NCBI GenBank assembly: GCA_964236955.1
Contig: CAXSGP010000001.1
Span: 68,204-132,203, forward strand
Source of the DNA: an uncultured Oligoflexus sp.
Lineage (GTDB): Bacteria; Bdellovibrionota_B; Oligoflexia; Oligoflexales; Oligoflexaceae
Direction: 5' to 3'
Length of the DNA: 64,000 bases
In this document: piece by piece, positions 29,689-39,889 of the stretch
Layout of the letters: every line of letters starts with the position of its first letter
Numbering within the stretch: the stretch's first letter is position 1
The notes under the pieces: model-generated
Seen by the model: the letters and a program-made list of their open reading frames with translations, nothing else
Databases searched by the model: none
What the model was told of the DNA's origin: nothing
Translations under genes and position numbers: made by a program

Positions 29689-30309
29689 TCAACGGATTTG
29701 TTTTAAGGCCTCCTGCATTCCCTTTTTATTGCCATTCTTCTCGCGAACCTTGGCGATGAAACCCCATACGACACGTTTATTACCCGTATCATTTAAATTC
29801 TCCAGGCTGCGCATGGCCCATTGCTCGGCATCCTCAAAAGCCTTTTCACGCTCGGAAACCCGGGCCATCAGAAAGCTGGTGCGTGGATCTCTCAGATCCA
29901 TCCGGTAGGCTCGGTCGGCTTGCGCCCGGGCCTCGAGGATACGACCTTTTTTCAGCGAATCCTCGGCAGCGCTGATCAGACGTTTCACCGGCGCTGACAG
30001 TGGCTCGTTCAGGAGTAAATTACCCGCAACCGCCACAGTTGGGGACGGGCCAGACGAAGACTGCGCTCCCGGAGCGTTTGCACCCGGTATCGGCTTACCT
30101 ACAAGCGGCTTCGGAGCGGGAGGCGGAGGAAGGGTCACCAGAGGTGCCGCAGGCGCCGGTGCTGGTGGCGGCGCCACTGGAATAACGGCTGGCTCCTGAT
30201 GTTTACCAATCTTATTCTTCATGACAGGATAATCGTCGTCGCCCTGATGGGCACAGGACGCCAGGATAAATGCAGCCAACACTAACAAAAAGCTATAATT
30301 CGCTTTCAA
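29689..30309 (-). CDS. TPR lipoprotein, LpoP-like PBP1B activator
   Basis: Lipobox LASC, long Pro-rich linker and C-terminal TPRs (ARAQADRAYRMD...AEQWAMRS); directly downstream of mrcB. Confidence 0.7.
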   Translation of the reverse strand: MKANYSFLLVLAAFILASCAHQGDDDYPVMKNKIGKHQEPAVIPVAPPPAPAPAAPLVTLPPPPAPKPLVGKPIPGANAPGAQSSSGPSPTVAVAGNLLLNEPLSAPVKRLISAAEDSLKKGRILEARAQADRAYRMDLRDPRTSFLMARVSEREKAFEDAEQWAMRSLENLNDTGNKRVVWGFIAKVREKNGNKKGMQEALKQIR

Positions 30310-30333
30310 TTTCTATTCCCTTTTGCGCAAGGC

Positions 30334-32643
30334 TTAAAACCAGTCAAAGGCCGGGGCGGTAGTCTGAGTGCCGGTTGCCGTAGGATCAAGCGGAACCGCT
30401 GGCTCAGGCGCCGGGCAGGGCCCTGGAATTCCCTGAGGCAAGGTTCTCTTGGTAAATGGTAAATACCGGACCCCAAGGCATTCCGCTGCACTTAGCGCTC
30501 CCGTCTGCCCGTCCACCCACTGATAACTTACGCCTTCAGGAGTTTTTAAGGTTAGGGATTTATGAGCAACCTTCGCCATAACCCTTGCCCAGACAGCGAG
30601 ACCGCCTGTTGCACCAGTTAATTGGGTTGGCAGGTGCTGATCATTTCCTACCCATGCAACCGTTAATCGATCACCGGTAAAGCCGGCAAACCAGCTGTCC
30701 CTTTGATCATTCGAAGTTCCCGTTTTACCAGCGGCATGAATATCCATCGGCAAAAAGTTGAAAGCGGCTCGTGCCGTTCCCTCAAATACAACGGCACGCA
30801 AAGCATAATGCATGAGGTGCATCACGTCGGAATCAAACTCTTTGTGAATCTTGCTCGCATAGGAGCGTACGGCCTTGCCGTCCCGATCCTGAACCCCTCG
30901 AACCGCCCGGAGATCGGTGTTATAACCTCCGGAAAAGATCGTATAGTAGAGGCCCGCGACACCGAATGGACTCATATCGATGGCGCCGAGCAGCACCGAG
31001 GGTGCAAGCGGAATGTCCTGGACGTGAGCTAACTTCCTGAAGGTTTCCCGCACTGCAGGTAGACCCACTTCCATACCCAAACGTACCGTCGCCTGGTTCA
31101 AAGATTGAGTCAGCATCCTTAAAAGGCTGACTTCGCCGTGGCTGGAGTGATCAAAGTTCTGTGGCTCCCAGACTTTACCGCGACTTAAGGCTACCTGGAT
31201 CGGCGTATCGGCGATCTGCGTCGCAAGAGTTTTACCGGCTCGCAAAGCTGTCAGAAGCACCACGGGTTTGGCCAGGGAACCGATCGATCGTTTGGCATCG
31301 AGAGCGCGGTTGAATCCTTGGTAGTTCGGCACTTTATCGCCCACTATCGCCAGAACCTCACCCGACTCCGACACGGTTACCGTTGCAACCTGGAGGCTAT
31401 CACCCGCTTTGCCCTGGGACTTCATAAAATCCTGGACCGCCTTTTCCGAGGCTATCTGCGCAATCGGATCGAAAGCGGTAAAGACGCGCAGGCCATCCGC
31501 CGCGAGATCGTCCTGCTCATAGTCGCGATGAAGATTTCTGCGCACGAGGTCAAGGAATGCCGGAAATCGATTGGTCTTCCAGTTTTGGCTCGGTTGCGCC
31601 CTAACCTTTAATTTAACAGTGGAATCATGCTGAGCCACCGTGATCTTTTTGGCTTCGAGCAAAAGATCCAGCACGCGATCACGGCGCTTTTTTGCCCGCT
31701 CGGGATTGCGAATAGGATTATAAATGGAGGGACCATTGACAAGAGCAGCCAGGAGTGCCGCCTGGTCGAGGGTCACCCGGCTCAAGGGACGACCGAAATA
31801 GAACTCACTGGCGAGCCCAAAGCCATGGATTGCATTGTCGCCGCTCTGTCCAAGGTAAATTTCATTGATATAAGTCTCAAGGATTTCATCTTTGGAATAG
31901 TGGATTTCGAGGAGGACCGCGTAAACGGCTTCGATGATTTTACGTTTGATCGACCGTTCTGAGGTCAGATAAAAGTTTTTGACAAGCTGTTGAGTCAGCG
32001 TGCTGCCTCCCTGCGCCCAGCGACCGGCACGAAGGTTGGAGAGCATCGCCCGGAGGGTGCCTTTGATCGAGATTCCAAAATGATCATAGTAGTCCCTATC
32101 CTCGATGGCGAGAAGGGAGTCGATAAGGTTTCTGGGCACGTCTTTGAGTTGGACGAGCTTTCGATCCTCCTTCTGAGAAGGATAAATACCACCGACCTTA
32201 AGGGGATCAAGACGGGCTAAATCGAGTTCCTGGCTATTCTCGGCCGAGAGGGACGCCACCGTACTTCCGCTGAATCGCACAGTGAGGAGAAGGGCATCTT
32301 CCTGACCTTCAAAAAAGGCGAAAGGCCGGCGATAGAGGATCGCCTCGCTTTCATTCAGGCTGTATTCACCAGGCTGGGTGACTTTTGCCGCTTTTACGTA
32401 GCCTAGCTCTTTGAGTTCTAGTTCCAGATCCGACGCTCCCAGTGAAGCCCCCTGATAGAGTTCAAGAGGCCGGGCGTAAACCTCGGAAGGCAGACGCCAC
32501 CTTTTGCCTTCAAATTTTTCGCGCACGGTGCGATCCATGCTGACGATTTTGAATGCAGCGATGAAGAATACAAAACCGGCAAGGATTGCAGGCCAGTAAG
32601 GCTTGAACGGGAGAAGCTTGTCGCGAAATTGAGACCAATTCAT
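30334..32643 (-). CDS. mrcB: Penicillin-binding protein 1B (with UB2H domain)
   Basis: FEGKRWRLPSEVYARPLEL; GT motifs EDRDYYDH and QGGSTLTQQLVKN; TP motifs SLAK, SLN and KTG. Confidence 0.93.
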   Translation of the reverse strand: MNWSQFRDKLLPFKPYWPAILAGFVFFIAAFKIVSMDRTVREKFEGKRWRLPSEVYARPLELYQGASLGASDLELELKELGYVKAAKVTQPGEYSLNESEAILYRRPFAFFEGQEDALLLTVRFSGSTVASLSAENSQELDLARLDPLKVGGIYPSQKEDRKLVQLKDVPRNLIDSLLAIEDRDYYDHFGISIKGTLRAMLSNLRAGRWAQGGSTLTQQLVKNFYLTSERSIKRKIIEAVYAVLLEIHYSKDEILETYINEIYLGQSGDNAIHGFGLASEFYFGRPLSRVTLDQAALLAALVNGPSIYNPIRNPERAKKRRDRVLDLLLEAKKITVAQHDSTVKLKVRAQPSQNWKTNRFPAFLDLVRRNLHRDYEQDDLAADGLRVFTAFDPIAQIASEKAVQDFMKSQGKAGDSLQVATVTVSESGEVLAIVGDKVPNYQGFNRALDAKRSIGSLAKPVVLLTALRAGKTLATQIADTPIQVALSRGKVWEPQNFDHSSHGEVSLLRMLTQSLNQATVRLGMEVGLPAVRETFRKLAHVQDIPLAPSVLLGAIDMSPFGVAGLYYTIFSGGYNTDLRAVRGVQDRDGKAVRSYASKIHKEFDSDVMHLMHYALRAVVFEGTARAAFNFLPMDIHAAGKTGTSNDQRDSWFAGFTGDRLTVAWVGNDQHLPTQLTGATGGLAVWARVMAKVAHKSLTLKTPEGVSYQWVDGQTGALSAAECLGVRYLPFTKRTLPQGIPGPCPAPEPAVPLDPTATGTQTTAPAFDWF

Positions 32644-32808
32644 GCGTTAAATACCTGAAATTTTCATGGCGATTGCGCAGTCTTTGAGTACAGATGACGG
32701 AATGTAGTACTGAATGGATCAAACCGCCAGTGAAAATTTGTCTTAGTGCCTTTTCAAAAGCGTGTTTTACCGGCTTTTGATAGGAATAGTTCAACTATTA
32801 GGGACCCC

Positions 32809-33642
32809 TTAATAAAGTGTGGTCGAACATTGAGCAACCGATTGGTCGCAGCGACCCAAAAGGCCTTTGACTTTTTCGCAACGCTGGTTGAGCCGACCAA
32901 GCGCTTTCTTTTGCGCGGCCTCCGCAGTTCTGCCCATGCCCTTGACGGTCAGCGTGTTTTGCTTATTCCCCTGCACGAAACAGTTCGCCACATACTTTGG
33001 CTGTTGATCACCGCAGCGGTGCCAGAGAACTTCATAGACCTGTTCAAGCTGTCCATCGATCGAATCTACGGTAAGCAAACCCGATCCCCTTGTATTCCGG
33101 CCCCCTCCCCGAATAACAGCGCTTGCATTCACCGCAAAATCACGAACCGCATCGTTAGCCTTTGGCCTGCAACCGGACCACTTTATTTTTTGGAGGGGAA
33201 GCTGCTCGGCATGAAGGTAGTCTTCGGCGATCGGGCCCTTGAATCTTATAACCCCCTCACCCTCAGACCCCAGCGTACCAAAACGAATTTCCTGCCGGGC
33301 AGTGAGCCCGGCATCAAGTTGGGCAAAGCCTCGCATGGTCAGGCCAAGGATTGCGTATTCCCAGTTCGCGTCCTGTTCCGTATCGAAAACGAGGCGACAA
33401 ACCCGGCGATTGTCGTGGACGGCATCTGGGCCTTCTTCCGCGATGAAATCACTAAAACTGACGGTAAACGCTTCGTTATCAGAACTGATATCGACGGCAA
33501 CGGTTCCAGGTCTGCAGGCGTCACCCATGCTCCTGATATTTTTGATCAGAAAACTTGAAGGAACGACTGCTGCGTCCTGAGCTGCCGCAATTGACAATGA
33601 CGAGGTGATGAGTAAGCCAAGGCAAAGGCAAGATGGTTTCAT
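32809..33642 (-). CDS. Secreted DUF4360 family protein with a Cys-rich C-terminal extension
   Basis: Signal peptide; GDACRPGTV..SSDNEAFTVSFSDF..C..RGFAQL..WSGC..LTVDSIDG. Confidence 0.72.
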   Translation of the reverse strand: MKPSCLCLGLLITSSLSIAAAQDAAVVPSSFLIKNIRSMGDACRPGTVAVDISSDNEAFTVSFSDFIAEEGPDAVHDNRRVCRLVFDTEQDANWEYAILGLTMRGFAQLDAGLTARQEIRFGTLGSEGEGVIRFKGPIAEDYLHAEQLPLQKIKWSGCRPKANDAVRDFAVNASAVIRGGGRNTRGSGLLTVDSIDGQLEQVYEVLWHRCGDQQPKYVANCFVQGNKQNTLTVKGMGRTAEAAQKKALGRLNQRCEKVKGLLGRCDQSVAQCSTTLY

Positions 33643-33857
33643 GACAATTCCTTCAAAGCTGGTGGGTAGCGAGCTTATTGAGCCGATATGGTTTGCAGCC
33701 TAGCTTAAACAAAGCCTGGCCAATATCCTTTAAGAACTTAAATCGGTTAAAAAAAAAGAAGGATTTAGGCAGAATTGCCTAACCGCTCGCTCCGATAGGG
33801 TGCCCGATGTCCCCGTAAGCCTTTTGATAAGATTGGAACTCCGTGCCTCGGCCAGGC

Positions 33858-34649
33858 CTAGGATTTTTCTTTGGCTAGTTTATCGGCCTTATTCAATAGA
33901 GTCTCAAGATATTCGCCAACGCCAACGGTGAGATCGTTGACCACACCCTTCCTGTCGATCAGAATGAAGGCCGGAATCGATGCCATGCCATAGGCTCCCT
34001 GCACCCTGTCGTCGGGGTCTTGAGCTTGCGCATAGCTGATCTTTTCGTGCCCAATGAAGGCATTGATTACGGCTGGATCTTCGTCACTGATGCCTATCAC
34101 GGTGATATCCTTATGAGCCTGCGACCAGGCACTGAGAAAGGGCGCTGCTGCTCGACAGGCGGGACACCAGGTCGCCCAGAATTCGAGAATATAGATTTTG
34201 CCCTTGAGATCGTCACTACGAATTCTGGTTTTGTCAGTGACCGAGGCAAGTTCAAAGCGGGGGGCCGGTTTGTTCAAGAGCTGAGCTTTCGCAAGATCGA
34301 GCATGTTCGGGAGCATTTCGAGTTTAAGTTCTTTGGACTCTTCCTTTTGTTTACGGGAAAAATGGACGGTTACCTTGGTTCCGACACCCTTGCCCCTCAA
34401 AACGGCCATAAGCTCGTCGCGTGACTTGACCTTCTCCGCATCGATAGCCGTGATTGTATCGCCGGCAGTGAATCCCACACGCTCGGCTGGTGCGCCGGGA
34501 ATAACCCGTTTGATCGTGATACCGCCGGTCTCGGCCTCGAGCTCGACGCCAAGCCAGGGCTGCAGCTGCTGCGCGGGTGCGGCCCCGCTAACTTTGGGGA
34601 ATAAAACCAGGATCATGAGAAAACCAAGCAAGGCGACAATTCTTTTCAT
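33858..34649 (-). CDS. PDZ domain plus TlpA-like thioredoxin/redoxin
   Basis: Signal peptide; PWLGVEL..GAPAERVG..GDTITAID; EFWATWCPAC and SIPAFILIDRKG. Confidence 0.85.
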   Translation of the reverse strand: MKRIVALLGFLMILVLFPKVSGAAPAQQLQPWLGVELEAETGGITIKRVIPGAPAERVGFTAGDTITAIDAEKVKSRDELMAVLRGKGVGTKVTVHFSRKQKEESKELKLEMLPNMLDLAKAQLLNKPAPRFELASVTDKTRIRSDDLKGKIYILEFWATWCPACRAAAPFLSAWSQAHKDITVIGISDEDPAVINAFIGHEKISYAQAQDPDDRVQGAYGMASIPAFILIDRKGVVNDLTVGVGEYLETLLNKADKLAKEKS

Positions 34650-34820
34650 TGTGTGAACTCCCACGTAGTACGAAAGGGAAAGCATGTTTTGTAAGGAAAT
34701 GGCTTCCCAAAGTATAACAGGGCACGCTGTGAAAACCAGTCTGCCCTGGCAAGGAATCACCGCCCGAACCCCAGCCTTAAAGAATAAAGCCTGAGAAAGG
34801 GGCTGATGGCGCCTCCTGCC

Positions 34821-35540
34821 TCAATGGCCCCCAAGATAAGCTTTACGGACCTCATCGTGAGCCAAAAGCTCAGTACCGGAACCGCTAAGGCTGATGCCCC
34901 CCTGGCTCAGCACATAGGCCCGATGAGCCAGCTTTAGAGCCTGATTGGCATTTTGCTCGACAATAAAGATTGTCGTTCCTTCCTTGGCTATGTCTCTCAA
35001 GGTCGCAAAAATCGCCTTTACAATGAGCGGGGCCAATCCTAGGCTTGGCTCGTCAAGAAGAAGGAGCCTGGGTTTGGCCATCATCGACCGGCCGATCGCC
35101 AGCATTTGCTGCTCGCCGCCCGATAAAGTACCGGCCCGCTGTTCACGCCGTTCAAAAAGCCTGGGAAAAAGGCCATAAACTTTTTTAAGTGTATCGCCTT
35201 CATGGCTGCTGTCGGAACAGGCAACAAGTCCCATCGAGAGATTTTCGAGTACCGTCATCGCTGGAAATATGCGCCGGCCTTCAGGAACCAGAGACAGTCC
35301 CCGCCTGGAAACGAGATGGGTAGGCAGCGCCGTGATATCGCTGCCACTAAAGAAAATCTGGCCACTATAGGGCGAAGGGGCCGCAAATAAACTCTTGAGA
35401 AGCGTCGTCTTACCCGCACCGTTGCTGCCGATGAGAGTGACGATTTCCCCTTCATTCACATGCAGGCTGACCCCATGAAGGACCTTGGTCTGACCGTAGG
35501 CCACACTTATATTTCTGAGCTCAAGCAGGGGTTGTTTCAT
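34821..35540 (-). CDS. livF: Branched-chain amino acid ABC transporter ATPase
   Basis: GSNGAGKT, VPEGRRIF, LSGGEQQM and LDEPSLGLAP. Confidence 0.93.
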   Translation of the reverse strand: MKQPLLELRNISVAYGQTKVLHGVSLHVNEGEIVTLIGSNGAGKTTLLKSLFAAPSPYSGQIFFSGSDITALPTHLVSRRGLSLVPEGRRIFPAMTVLENLSMGLVACSDSSHEGDTLKKVYGLFPRLFERREQRAGTLSGGEQQMLAIGRSMMAKPRLLLLDEPSLGLAPLIVKAIFATLRDIAKEGTTIFIVEQNANQALKLAHRAYVLSQGGISLSGSGTELLAHDEVRKAYLGGH

Positions 35541-35609
35541 AAATTCATAGGTCCTTCTACAAAATACGCCGACCCACACGCGGGACGACTGAGCACGAAC
35601 TTTTCCCCG

Positions 35610-36464
35610 CTATTCATCATCGGTGCCGAGGTAGGCGGCAAGGACCTTGGGATTGGCCTGTACTTCGCGTGGACTGCCTTCGGCAATGACCTCGCCATAG
35701 TTTAATACAACGATATGATCCGAAATGGACATGACAAGCGACATGTCATGTTCAATGACCAGAACGGTAACTTTGAACTCGTCACGAAGGCGCTTGATAA
35801 GTATCGAGAGTTCGTCGGTCTCCTGGGGATTTAAACCCGCAGCCGGTTCATCAAGACAAATCAAACGGGGATTTGTGCACATGGCCCGGGCAATTTCCAG
35901 ACGGCGTTGACTGCCATAGGAAAGGGCACCGGCGGGAGTATTTGCCAGCTTCGCCAAACCAATAATATCAAGCCAATCAAAAGCCTTTGCCAACGCTTTC
36001 GCTTCGCTCCTGCGATAGCGGGGCAGGTTTAAAAACCCCGAAAGGAGGTTTCTATCGAGATGGCGATGCTGGGCTACCAGGAGATTTTCTACAACTGTCA
36101 TCTCGGCAAAGAGTCGAATATTTTGAAATGTTCGGGCAATGCCCGCCCGCGCGACCAGATGGGTGCCGCCGAAGAATCCGTAGACCAGTTTTTTCATGCT
36201 GGTCCAAAGCCCCTCGGAAAGCTTTATACCACCACCCAAAAGAGCGACGAGATCACATTCTCGAACTTTATTTTGCAAAAGTATGCGGCCCTCTTGAGCC
36301 TTATAAAAGCCGGTGATGCAATTGAAAAGTGTGGTCTTGCCCGCACCGTTGGGGCCGATGATGGCCGTTATACTGCTTTCTGCAACGGTGAGACTTACCC
36401 GGTTCAACGCAATAATTCCACCAAACCTAAGGCTTATCCCTTCGAGCTTCAGAAGATTCGTCAT
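35610..36464 (-). CDS. livG: Branched-chain amino acid ABC transporter ATPase
   Basis: GPNGAGKT, RTFQNIRLF, LSYGSQRRLEIARA and LDEPAAGLN. Confidence 0.93.
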   Translation of the reverse strand: MTNLLKLEGISLRFGGIIALNRVSLTVAESSITAIIGPNGAGKTTLFNCITGFYKAQEGRILLQNKVRECDLVALLGGGIKLSEGLWTSMKKLVYGFFGGTHLVARAGIARTFQNIRLFAEMTVVENLLVAQHRHLDRNLLSGFLNLPRYRRSEAKALAKAFDWLDIIGLAKLANTPAGALSYGSQRRLEIARAMCTNPRLICLDEPAAGLNPQETDELSILIKRLRDEFKVTVLVIEHDMSLVMSISDHIVVLNYGEVIAEGSPREVQANPKVLAAYLGTDDE

Positions 36465-37702
36465 GAGCCCGCCCTCGCAAAGAATGGTCGCCTTTGCTGT
36501 ATCATCCCCCGGGGACGCCAGATCATGATGATAACCATGGCAAAGCCAAAGATGAGCATGCGGTAGTCGGCAAATTCACGCAAAACTTCCGGCATGAAAG
36601 TGAGAAAAAGCGCCGCGAGTATTACGCCGTACACCGATCCCAGTCCCCCGAGGACAACGATCGCGAGCACCAGAGCGGACTCGAAGAAGCTAAAGGATAC
36701 CGGCGAAACGAAACCCTGCGACGCCGCAAAAAAAACACCTGCCACCCCACCGATCGAAGCACCCATGGCGAAGGCTGAAAGTTTGGTCCACACATGGTTG
36801 AGGCCGAGCGATCGGCAGGCGATTTCATCCTCGCGCAAGGCCTCCCAGGCTCGTCCTATGGGCATTCCCCGCAATCGGCTTACGGCATAAATGGTCAGGC
36901 CGACGACGGTCAACAGGACTAAAAAGATAAAGGCATCGAGCATTCCGCTGGAGTATTCAAGGCCCCAGGCCTCATGAAAGGGGACTCCGCCCTGGGTCGC
37001 ACGGTTTTTGAATTCCCAGGCAAAAAAAGTTGGTGCCGGGGCATCGACACCATTGGGACCGCCCGTAAAAGTCATCCAGTTATTGAGGACAAGGCGGATG
37101 ATTTCGCCAAATCCCAAAGTGACGATGGCGAGGTAATCACCATGCATACGCAGCACGGGAAATCCCAATATCATTCCAAATAATCCTGCCAGGACAGCTG
37201 CAAGGGGAATAGCGGCCCAAAACCCCAGACCGAGATATTGATGACCGAGAGCATAGCCGTAGGCACCGACCGCATAAAACCCTACGAATCCAAGGTCGAG
37301 CAGACCAGCAAAACCGACAACGACATTCAAACCGAGACCAAGCAGGATATAGATCAAAGCCAGGATGCCGACTGCAAGCCAGTATTTGGAGGCGAATAAT
37401 GCCAGGCTTGCCAAGGCAAGATAGAGCACAAAACCGCTAAGAATAAGCTGATAGGGTTTAAGGCGTGGCGCTCTCGGGGTCGCCTCATGTCTTTGCGCGG
37501 GCACTAGCCAGCCCTCAGGCAGGAGGCCGGCCAGCAGCCGAAAGATGAGCACGGCTGCCGCGATTTGTAAAGGTACCTTAAAGCGTGTATCAAAACCGTA
37601 GCCATTCAAAACCAAGCCGGACAGCGGACCGGTGAGAATGAGGGTGACGACGGCAGCAAGGACGGACCTCAGTAAGGTCCGTGACAGACGGGGACGACTC
37701 AT
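36461..37702 (-). CDS. livM: Branched-chain amino acid ABC permease
   Basis: GLNVVVGFAGLLDLG, GDYLAIVTLGFGEI and GRAWEALREDEIA. Confidence 0.92.
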   Translation of the reverse strand: MSRPRLSRTLLRSVLAAVVTLILTGPLSGLVLNGYGFDTRFKVPLQIAAAVLIFRLLAGLLPEGWLVPAQRHEATPRAPRLKPYQLILSGFVLYLALASLALFASKYWLAVGILALIYILLGLGLNVVVGFAGLLDLGFVGFYAVGAYGYALGHQYLGLGFWAAIPLAAVLAGLFGMILGFPVLRMHGDYLAIVTLGFGEIIRLVLNNWMTFTGGPNGVDAPAPTFFAWEFKNRATQGGVPFHEAWGLEYSSGMLDAFIFLVLLTVVGLTIYAVSRLRGMPIGRAWEALREDEIACRSLGLNHVWTKLSAFAMGASIGGVAGVFFAASQGFVSPVSFSFFESALVLAIVVLGGLGSVYGVILAALFLTFMPEVLREFADYRMLIFGFAMVIIMIWRPRGMIQQRRPFFARAGS

Positions 37703-37706
37703 GCAT

Positions 37707-38624
37707 TCAAACCTTTTCAACCGTTGGTTTTCCCAGTAATCCACTCGGACGGAATATAAGAATTCCGACCAACAGCGCAAAAGCAAAGACATCCTTATAA
37801 TCTGAATTTACAAAACCAGAGAAAAGGGATTCGGCGAGACCAAGTAATATTCCGCCGAGCATCGCTCCCGGCAGGGAACCTATGCCCCCGAGGACTGCGG
37901 CTGTAAAGGCTTTGATACCTGTGACAAATCCTACGAAAAAATCGAAGCTGCCATAATTGAGGGTGATGAGAACCCCCGCCATGGCCGCCAGCGCCGCACC
38001 TAAGCCAAAGACCAGGGCGATGACCCGGTCGGTATCGATGCCAAGAATCTGGGCCATCTGTCTATCCTGCTGCGTGGCGCGACAGGCCCGACCCAGAGCG
38101 GTGTGCTGCACGAGAAAGTTAAGCAGCGCCATCGCCGCAATCGCGACGACGACGATGATCATCTGCATGGCGGTTATTTGAAAGAAATGATCGTCAGAGC
38201 CCATGCGCAACACGCCTTCAATCAGCGTCGGAACCCCTTGGCTTTTGGCACCCTGACTCAGCTGAACGTAGTTTTGCAGGATGAGCGAAACGCCGATAGC
38301 CGAAATTAAAGGTGCGAGGCGGTTGGCACGGCGAAGGGGCCGATAGGCAAGGCGTTCCATGGTGACTCCCAGCAGCGAGGTGAACAAAACCGCGAAGACC
38401 ATAGTGAGCGCAATCAAAAGCCAGGGATTACTGATGCCCCAGTAAGCGAGCACCGCCAGTCCAATCGCGGTAAGGTAAGCGGAAACCATATAGACTTCAC
38501 CGTGAGCGAAGTTGATCATCCCGATGATTCCGTAAACCATGGTATATCCGACGGCAATCAGACCATAGGTCGAACCCAGGACTAAACCGTTCACAATCTG
38601 CTGTCCAAGAACGTAGGGATCCAC
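37707..38624 (-). CDS. livH: Branched-chain amino acid ABC permease
   Basis: GYTMVYGIIGMINFAHGE and KAFTAAVLGGIGS. Confidence 0.93.
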   Translation of the reverse strand: MDPYVLGQQIVNGLVLGSTYGLIAVGYTMVYGIIGMINFAHGEVYMVSAYLTAIGLAVLAYWGISNPWLLIALTMVFAVLFTSLLGVTMERLAYRPLRRANRLAPLISAIGVSLILQNYVQLSQGAKSQGVPTLIEGVLRMGSDDHFFQITAMQMIIVVVAIAAMALLNFLVQHTALGRACRATQQDRQMAQILGIDTDRVIALVFGLGAALAAMAGVLITLNYGSFDFFVGFVTGIKAFTAAVLGGIGSLPGAMLGGILLGLAESLFSGFVNSDYKDVFAFALLVGILIFRPSGLLGKPTVEKV

Positions 38625-38649
38625 GCCGGCCTCTTTCTAAAAACAATGA

Positions 38650-38672
38650 GGAGCCCGAAAGGACCGGGCTCC
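38650..38672. other. Intercistronic stem-loop between livK and livH
   Basis: GGAGCCCG-N7-CGGGCTCC, typical of mRNA-stabilising hairpins after solute-binding protein genes. Confidence 0.5.
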
Positions 38673-38686
38673 GGATACAAAAGTTC

Positions 38687-39889
38687 TCAGAGCTTCTTCG
38701 CCTCTGCGTATTTGCCGGCTTTATCCCAGACGTACATAACGTAGGATGATTTTACGAGGTCCCCCTTCGGTGTCCAGTTGATTTTGCCCATGACCGTATC
38801 CGCACCATTTTCAACCAACCATTTGGAAAGTTTGCGGCCGTCCTGCAGCTCGCCCGAGCCCTTGATCGCCGCCGCGATGGCCTGAACAGCGGCATAGGAA
38901 TAAAGCGTGTAACCCTCAGGTTCATAAGCATTTTTACGGAATGACTCGACGATCGCCTTGCCCGTTGGAACATTGCGAAGGTCCGCACCGAAAGTCATGA
39001 AAGCGCCTTCGACAAATTTGACGCCGCCCGCTGCTGATAAAAAGTCGTTCGAAACGATGCCATCACCCGAGATAAAATGAGCCTTGAGTCCTTGCTCACG
39101 CATCTGTCTCAGCAATGGACCGGCTTCGGCATACAAGCCCCCAAAATATACAGTGTCGGCGTTAGCGGCTTTGATCTTGGTCACGAGGGCATTGAAATCC
39201 TTTTCGCCACGGGTCAGACCTTCATAAAGCACGGTCTCCGGCTGACCCAGAGTCTTCAAATGAGCGCGCATCGCATCGGCGAGACCTTGCCCGTAGGTAT
39301 CTTTGTCGTGAATAACGGCTACTCTTTTGCCCTTGAGCGTATTGACGATAAAGTTCGCTGCTTCGACGCCTTGCTGATCGTCGCGGCCACAGGTACGCAT
39401 GATCACCGAAAAGTTATTGAGTTCGCACTGCTCTTTTTTGCCTTTATCGGCGATAGCGGCACAGTCTTTTGCTTTAAAGTTTTCGTCTTCGGTCACCCGG
39501 GGATTGGTGGAGGCAGGCGTGATCATGAGTACATTATTTTCGCGATAGATGCTGGCAGCGGGAATGGTCGATGACGAGCAAAAGTGGCCCACGACAGCAT
39601 TGACTTTATCAGTATTCACGATTTTGTTTGCAACCGACTTCGCCTGGGCTGGAAGACAGGCATCATCAGCTTTGATTGCTCTCAGCATCTGACCGTTGAT
39701 ACCGCCGGCTTTATTGATGTCGGCAACGGCCTGCTCAGCGCCTTTCCACAGTTGAAGCCCAAAAGGTGCAGACGAACCGGTATGGGGGCCTGCAACACCG
39801 ATCAGAATCTCTTTGCCAGCGGCGTGACCGACCAGACTCCAAGACGTTAGAGCTATCGATAAAGACCAACGATGAAATCGATTCAACAT
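38687..39889 (-). CDS. livK: Branched-chain amino acid ABC substrate-binding protein
   Basis: GGING, DDACLP, VVGHFCSSSTIPA, RTCGRDDQQG and HDKDTYGQGLA. Confidence 0.9.
   Translation of the reverse strand: MLNRFHRWSLSIALTSWSLVGHAAGKEILIGVAGPHTGSSAPFGLQLWKGAEQAVADINKAGGINGQMLRAIKADDACLPAQAKSVANKIVNTDKVNAVVGHFCSSSTIPAASIYRENNVLMITPASTNPRVTEDENFKAKDCAAIADKGKKEQCELNNFSVIMRTCGRDDQQGVEAANFIVNTLKGKRVAVIHDKDTYGQGLADAMRAHLKTLGQPETVLYEGLTRGEKDFNALVTKIKAANADTVYFGGLYAEAGPLLRQMREQGLKAHFISGDGIVSNDFLSAAGGVKFVEGAFMTFGADLRNVPTGKAIVESFRKNAYEPEGYTLYSYAAVQAIAAAIKGSGELQDGRKLSKWLVENGADTVMGKINWTPKGDLVKSSYVMYVWDKAGKYAEAKKL

Noticed and set aside
30050-30200. Repetitive GC-rich tract
   Set aside because: Encodes the Pro/Ala linker of the LpoP-like lipoprotein; not a DNA repeat element
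32746-33558. 270-aa plus-strand ORF
   Set aside because: Antisense shadow of the DUF4360 gene with no recognisable motifs
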